Shown one piece after another: positions 59,301 to 64,000 of a stretch of DNA of 64,000 nucleotides. This DNA comes from Burkholderiales bacterium. GTDB lineage: Bacteria; Pseudomonadota; Gammaproteobacteria; Burkholderiales; SG8-41. The stretch's first letter is position 1. Every line of letters begins with the position of its first letter. The DNA lies in contig CAXNMF010000012.1 in assembly GCA_964203275.1 (NCBI GenBank), forward strand, positions 46,850-110,849, written 5' to 3'. Under the pieces are notes generated by a model that had not been told where the DNA came from, made no database searches, and saw only the letters and a program-made list of their open reading frames with translations. The position numbers and the translations under genes are program-made.

Positions 59301-59582
59301 TTCATCCTCGGCGTGGTGCCACTGGTGATTTCCAGCGGCGCCGGTGCCGGCGCCCGCCACTCCGCAGGTACTGGTGTGATGGGCGGCATGCTGGCAGCCA
59401 CCTTCCTCGCGATCTTTTTCATTCCGTGGTTCTACAAACTGATCATCGAACGCAAACTTTCGGATCCGCGCTCGACCAAGGAAATCGAAGATGAAGTCGC
59501 CCATCACCGCGAATTGATGCTGCGTTCGGTGCAGACACCGCATCACACCCCCGTCGGCAAGGGAGATGATGATGCGAAATAG
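56301..59582 (+). CDS. RND multidrug efflux pump, inner-membrane component (HAE1, AcrB/MexB-like)
   Basis: 1093 aa. [62 protein letters not shown]. Confidence 0.95.
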   Translation: [1093 protein letters not shown]

Positions 59583-61026
59583 GTATATGATTTTATTCGC
59601 ATTTTCTTCGACCCTCAGCGCCTGCACCATGGCGCCCGACTACCAACGCCCCGAAGCTGAACTGCCGCAGACCTGGCAGGCAGCACCGGCGCAGGGACAG
59701 AACCTGCCGGCGGATCGCTGGTGGACGCTGTATCAGGACGGCACGCTAAACCTCCTCGTCGAAGAGGCGCTGATCTACAACCAGGATCTGGCACTGGCGA
59801 CCGCACGACTGGATGAAGCCCGCGCACTGGCGCGCGTCGCTGATGCGCAACTGGCTCCCGCCGTTGATGCCGCGTTCCAGCGTGATCGCACACGCCGCTC
59901 GGACAGCACCGCGACACGATTCCCCGGCGCACTGGAAAACAATAACTACCGCGCACAGGTCAATGTTTCCTACGAAATCGATCTGTGGGGAAAACTGCGC
60001 GAATCCGCCAAAGCCGCGCAGGCCGAACTGCTCGCCACGACGGCTGCACGCGAAACCGTACGCATCGCCCTGACTGCCGGCGTTGTGCAGTCCTACTACG
60101 CCCTGATCTCGCTGGATTCACAGGTCGATGCAACACGCCGGTCGCTGACGCTCCGCCAGAACGACCTCAAGCTGCAACGTGTCCGTGCAGACGCCGGCAT
60201 CATCAATGACTTTTCATTGCGTCAACTGGAAGCCGAAGTGTCTGCAGCCCAGGCACAGTTGCCGGCACTGGAAAGCCGCCGCACCAGCGAGGAACTCGCA
60301 CTGGGCGTGCTGCTCGGACGCAGCCCGCGCGCACTGCTGCAGGATCGTGTGCTGCGCAATGCCGGCAATGCCGCGCCAGCAACACCCGTGATTCCGGCGG
60401 ACCTGCCTTCGGAACTGCTGCTGCGACGCCCTGACATCGTCACCGCGGAACAACAGCTGATTGCCGCCAACGCCCGCATCGGCGCGGCACGCGCCTCACT
60501 GTTCCCTAGCATCGGTTTGAGCGGCTATCTCGGCAGTGAAAGTGCTGCGCTGTCGAACCTGTTTTCAGGTCCCGCCGGCATTTGGCAGCTGGGCTTCGGG
60601 CTTGCGCAGCCGATTTTCCAGGGCGGCCGTCTCTTCGGCGAAATCGAGGCGGTGGAAGCCCGTCAGCGCCAGGCGCTGGCGCAATACCAGAAGACGCTGC
60701 AAACCGCGTTCCGTGAAACCCACGACGCATTGGTCGGCCAGGTGCGCGCGCGCGAAGCTTTCGATGCGGAAAATGCACGGGTGATTGCGCTGACCGAAGC
60801 ACTGCGGCTGTCGCGCATCCGATTTGTCAACGGACTGACCAGTCAACTGGAAGTGCTGGACGCCGAACGCAATCTGCTCAATGCCGAACTGAACCGCGCC
60901 GACGCACTGCGTGCCCAGCGCTCCGCAGTGGCCAATGTGGTGAAAGCGCTGGGCGGCGGCTGGACCGGCCTGCCGGGTGCAGAAACCGCACCGGCACAGG
61001 CGCAATCCGCCCCGGCGACGCCATGA
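59566..61026 (+). CDS. outer-membrane efflux lipoprotein (NodT/OprM family)
   Basis: 486 aa with lipobox LSAC followed by TMAPDYQRP and two OEP repeats. It overlaps the pump gene end; three consecutive ATGs at 59566-59574. Confidence 0.9.
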   Translation: MMMRNRYMILFAFSSTLSACTMAPDYQRPEAELPQTWQAAPAQGQNLPADRWWTLYQDGTLNLLVEEALIYNQDLALATARLDEARALARVADAQLAPAVDAAFQRDRTRRSDSTATRFPGALENNNYRAQVNVSYEIDLWGKLRESAKAAQAELLATTAARETVRIALTAGVVQSYYALISLDSQVDATRRSLTLRQNDLKLQRVRADAGIINDFSLRQLEAEVSAAQAQLPALESRRTSEELALGVLLGRSPRALLQDRVLRNAGNAAPATPVIPADLPSELLLRRPDIVTAEQQLIAANARIGAARASLFPSIGLSGYLGSESAALSNLFSGPAGIWQLGFGLAQPIFQGGRLFGEIEAVEARQRQALAQYQKTLQTAFRETHDALVGQVRAREAFDAENARVIALTEALRLSRIRFVNGLTSQLEVLDAERNLLNAELNRADALRAQRSAVANVVKALGGGWTGLPGAETAPAQAQSAPATP

Positions 61027-61138
61027 ACTGCTGCGGCACCAGCCCAAGGCCCTTGATCAGCTTGCCGTAAACATCCGGCCTGATGGATGGACTGCAAGGC
61101 GCAGAAAACAAAAAGCCGCGTAAAGTTCACGCGCAAAT

Positions 61139-61167
61139 CAAAAAGCCCCGCTGAAACGGGGCTTTTG
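61139..61167. terminator. bidirectional rho-independent terminator
   Basis: AAAAA-GCCCCG-ctgaaa-CGGGGC-TTTTG, between the convergent efflux operon and nitroreductase gene. Confidence 0.65.
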
Positions 61168-61188
61168 ATTGTTGTCCTCAAGCAGCGC

Positions 61189-61780
61189 TCAATCGACGGA
61201 CTTGCCCCACTGACTGCTGTAAAAGCGCTCACCAATCGCCTTGCGCCCCCGTGCCTTGAGTTCCTTCTGACGCGTCTCCTCATCCTCGATGGTCTCGGGC
61301 GCCGCCTGATACCCGACCGCGATCATTGCCATCGGCATGAAGTCGTCGGGGATGGCAAATGCCGCGCGCGCTTTCGCAATGTCGAAACCGCCCATCTGGT
61401 GCGCAACCAGTCCCTGCGCCACGGCTTCCAGCGACAGAGACAGTGCAGCCATGCCGGTGTCGTAGTGCGACCAGCGGTTGGGCTGGCCGTTGTGGTTCAA
61501 AGGTCGCGCCCGCACAGGCCAGCAGCAACAGCGGCACGCGGCCCACTGGCATTTTGAAGTTTGACGAGCTTGATGCAGCTGCGAATCTGTCGCGCGCTTC
61601 AGCATCGAGGAAGCGCCAGGGCTCGGCACCAAAACACGACGGCGCCCAGCGCGCGGCCTCGATCAGGGCGGTGACCTGCACCGGCGTGACGCTGCGCTGC
61701 GCATCGAATGCGCGCGGACTCCAGCGCCGTGAAGACAGGTCGTTGATCGGCACACTGGTTATTGCGTTGCGGTTCTGCAT
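61189..61780 (-). pseudogene. nitroreductase family protein with one frameshift (or assembly indel)
   Basis: The N-terminal part (MQNRNAITSVPINDLSSRRWSPRAFD...APSCFGAEPWRF...LLLLACAGAT) and the C-terminal part (LNHNGQPNRWSHYDTGMAALSL...VAHQMGGFD...MIAVGYQ) are in different frames. The junction is at the AAA run 61499-61501 (TTT in gene sense; TT would give ...GATLNHNG...). The length is one base more than a multiple of 3. Confidence 0.8.
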
Positions 61781-61816
61781 GTACTCCTCCGTTGATGACA
61801 ACAAGTTGAACTGGCT

Positions 61817-63436
61817 TCAGACAATTTCACTACCCGTCTCGTCCGAAGCATTGACGGCGATCCAGTGCGTGACAAGCGGCGAATCTTCACCCCGGTGAAA
61901 AGCGCGCACACGCGCGAACAGCGGCGCGTCATCGGCGGTTCCACGATGATGCTGCCGCATGTGTTCCGCCCACGATTCCACGACGAAGGTCTCGACATAA
62001 CGACCCGGCACATCCGGGTCCTCAAACAGTCCCCAGGATAATGCCCCGTCACGCCGGCGTATCCGCTCCATGCCCTGAGCCGCAGCGATAAACGCATCGG
62101 CATCGTCGAGCGCAATCCGGTATTCAACATGCACTGCGACCGGCCCGCGTTCCGGCGCGATATCGTCATGTCCGGGTGCGCGCATCAGTACAGCCGGTGC
62201 GCTGCGCGCCAGCCCATCCTCGCCCCCCAGCGTCAAACGCCAGGTGAAGAACATGGCAAGCAACGCGCCAGCCGATGCCGACAACAACGCCGGGGGCACA
62301 CCCCAGCGCGTCGCCAGCGCGCCCCACAATACCGCGCCACCGGTCATCCCCGCGGCATAAACCATCAGATAGACGGAGAGCGCACGCGCCCGCACCCACT
62401 GCGGAACCGCGGTCTGGGCACTGACATGCAACGTCGACAACAGCGCGAGCCACGCCGCACCGCAGGCGAACACCGCCGGAAACAAAATAAACAGCGTTTT
62501 GGCCCAAGCAACACCAACCGTACCCGTCACATAAACAACAGTTGCAACCCGCACCAGCACATCACGGCTGCAGCGCCTCCGCAAATAAGGCATCACAAGC
62601 GCTACAGAAACTGCACCCACACCAATTCCTGCGAGCAACAGACCATAGGTATCCGCACCGCCCCCCGTATCGCGCGCAACCAGCGGCAACAGCGCCCAGG
62701 TTGCCGATGAAAAGACAAAAAACGCCGCGGCCCGCCCCATGACATGTTGCAGCGCCGTGGCCTCGCGGACATAACGCACACCGGCACGCAAGGCGCCGGA
62801 AAAACGCTCCGCCGGCAGCGTGCTCGGCACAGGTGCCCGCGGCCAGCGCGCCAGAACGACAATGACACCGATGAAAGATACCGCATTGAGGATGAACGCC
62901 GCCTGTGGTCCGGAAGCGGCAACAACAACGCCCGCCAGCGCCGGACCGACGGCACGCGCCAGATTGATGCCGAGACTGTTCAGCGCAATTGCCGCCTGCA
63001 ATTCGCCACGCGGCACAAGCTCGTGCACAGTTGCCGCCCATGCCGGCGTATTCAATGCCGCTCCGCAGGCCAACGCAAACGTGAACGCGAGCAATCCCCA
63101 GGCATTGACCCAGCCCAGCGCCGTCGTTACCGCCAGCGCCAGCACCACCAGCAGCATCCAGGCCTGCGTGTAGATCAGGTAGCGGCGCCGGTCAATAATG
63201 TCGGCCAGCGCGCCGCCGGGCAGCGCCAGCAGAAAAATCGGCAGGGCGGTGGCCGCCTGCACCAGCGACACCATTAGCGGGTTCGGATTCAGCGTGACCA
63301 TCAGCCAGCCGGCACCGACCTCGTGCACCCAGGTACCGATGTTCGACACCAGCGTGGCAATCCACAACGCGCGGAACAGCGGCTGGCGCAGCGGCGCCCA
63401 CGCAGAAGGTGGTGCTTCAGGTTGCTTTTCGGTCAT
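61817..63436 (-). CDS. MFS transporter (MFS_3/EntS-like) with a ~130 aa soluble C-terminal extension
   Basis: 539 aa. N-terminal FRALWIATLVSNIGTWVHEVGAGWLM and 12 predicted TM spans. The hydrophilic tail HVEYRIALDDADAFIAAAQGMERIRRRDGALSWGLFED looks like a Dabb/ABM-like fold. Confidence 0.85.
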   Translation of the reverse strand: MTEKQPEAPPSAWAPLRQPLFRALWIATLVSNIGTWVHEVGAGWLMVTLNPNPLMVSLVQAATALPIFLLALPGGALADIIDRRRYLIYTQAWMLLVVLALAVTTALGWVNAWGLLAFTFALACGAALNTPAWAATVHELVPRGELQAAIALNSLGINLARAVGPALAGVVVAASGPQAAFILNAVSFIGVIVVLARWPRAPVPSTLPAERFSGALRAGVRYVREATALQHVMGRAAAFFVFSSATWALLPLVARDTGGGADTYGLLLAGIGVGAVSVALVMPYLRRRCSRDVLVRVATVVYVTGTVGVAWAKTLFILFPAVFACGAAWLALLSTLHVSAQTAVPQWVRARALSVYLMVYAAGMTGGAVLWGALATRWGVPPALLSASAGALLAMFFTWRLTLGGEDGLARSAPAVLMRAPGHDDIAPERGPVAVHVEYRIALDDADAFIAAAQGMERIRRRDGALSWGLFEDPDVPGRYVETFVVESWAEHMRQHHRGTADDAPLFARVRAFHRGEDSPLVTHWIAVNASDETGSEIV

Positions 63437-63540
63437 GGGCAGGCATCACGGTAAGCGCGATCATAACCGAGCATGCGCCCGCAAGACTCAGCGCCGCTCT
63501 CTCCGCGAATTGCCCGTCGCAAAACTTCAGGTAAACAGCA

Positions 63541-64000
63541 TCAGGACTTTTCAGCCATCGCAGCAGCAAGCTCCCCCTGCTTCGCGGACAGGGTTTTCAG
63601 CCAGCGTTGCCCGCCGAATGTAAATCCGATCCAGTAACCAAGCTCAACCAGCTCCGGCTCGGTGAATTCCGCGCGTAACGAAGCCCACATCGCATCATCG
63701 GCCTGATTGGGGTCATACATGATGGCATCCGCGTAACGCAATGCGATTTTCTCTCGCGGGGTGAATTTGGCGGACTTTTCGTACTGCATCAATTCCGCCA
63801 TCTTGCTGTTGGCATCCCGCGCGGACCGCGCGGTTCCCTGATTACTTCAATAACCGCATTCGATGGTGAACGCGACGTAAGCGCGCAGCGTCTCCTTCAA
63901 GTCGTGCTCGACAACACCAGCGCCGTTGTCAAACAGCATTTCGCGTGTCAGTGTAAATGAACGCATCACATCCGGTTGATGCGCGCGAATCGCCTGGTTC
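63541..64000 (-). CDS. carboxymuconolactone decarboxylase (CMD)/AhpD-like protein, 5' end off window, with an in-frame TGA at the CxxC position (candidate selenocysteine, or a nonsense mutation)
   Basis: One frame is continuous from 63999 to the stop at 63541 apart from TGA at 63849-63847: ...LKETLRAYVAFTIECGY[TGA]SNQGTARSARDANSKMAELMQYEKSAKFTPREKIALRYADAIMYDP...ELVELGYWIG. CMD-family similarity is present on both sides of the TGA. Confidence 0.75.
63817..63833 (-). other. candidate bacterial SECIS-like hairpin
   Basis: In mRNA sense this is CCGCGC-GGUCC-GCGCGG (6 GC pairs, loop starting GGU). The loop begins 19 nt 3' of the in-frame UGA. Confidence 0.35.

Noticed and set aside
60878-61111. 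77-aa minus-strand ORF whose first part (IRPDVYGKLIKGLGLVPQQ) looks protein-like, in the spacer after the efflux operon.
   Set aside because: It is too short and I recognise no family. Most of the ORF overlaps the outer-membrane factor gene on the opposite strand. It may be a tiny gene remnant, but that cannot be supported.
1-64000. Scan for CRISPR repeats, tRNA/rRNA/tmRNA, IS elements, integrases, phage modules, toxin-antitoxin pairs, restriction-modification or other defence genes, and biosynthetic gene clusters.
   Set aside because: None was seen. No regularly spaced repeats, no cloverleaf-like intergenic sequences (the spacers are short), and no transposase, recombinase or defence-type motifs in any frame. 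The premise that this window holds a novel system is not supported beyond the items listed under findings.

Overview
GC-rich chromosomal segment with short, very AT-rich intergenic spacers. It is probably from a betaproteobacterium (Burkholderiales-like); that is an inference from five Bug/TctC-family periplasmic receptors plus the general gene content. All calls rest on reading the six-frame translations and recognising motifs by eye; no database search was run.

The window holds about 57 genes, almost all metabolic, transport or housekeeping:
- a CoA-transferase fragment and a MoxR/VWA (CoxD/CoxE-like) pair
- a long minus-strand cluster: peptide-type ABC transporter, allophanate hydrolase, GntR regulator, Bug receptor, 4-OT tautomerase, GGT
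- a plus-strand cluster: peptide-type ABC transporter, PMH-like sulfatase, PhoD, next to a LysR regulator and an orphan PhnZ-like HD protein
- two mirrored Bug/alpha-beta-hydrolase modules
- type II sulfide:quinone oxidoreductase, an OYE flavoprotein, hrpA, a PEBP protein and an aminopeptidase/lipase/phosphatase operon
- TauE, a CBS protein, an aminotransferase, dienelactone hydrolase, arylsulfatase with a TrmB regulator, and GST
- cspA plus an infA paralog, Lrp plus aceE, a TetR-controlled RND tripartite efflux operon, a nitroreductase, an MFS transporter and a CMD/AhpD-like gene

I found no rRNA, tRNA, CRISPR array, transposase, integrase, phage or recognisable defence or toxin-antitoxin genes. 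I cannot point to a clear novel multi-gene system.

Two things deserve a second look:
1. The AhpD/CMD-like gene at the right edge has an in-frame TGA exactly where the second Cys of its CxxC motif should be. A GC hairpin with a GGU loop follows about 19 nt downstream, so this is a candidate selenoprotein.
2. About ten otherwise well-conserved genes are broken by single-base indels. These include one densely hit ABC operon, hrpA, aceE and the efflux adaptor gene. Several indels sit in homopolymers and several pairs or triplets restore the frame. This means either real gene decay or uncorrected assembly indels, and it must be resolved before any biology is read into it.

Smaller observations are two FNR-type boxes, a TetR/AcrR-type operator, tandem and palindromic intergenic repeats, and an aldehyde dehydrogenase remnant marking a rearrangement scar.
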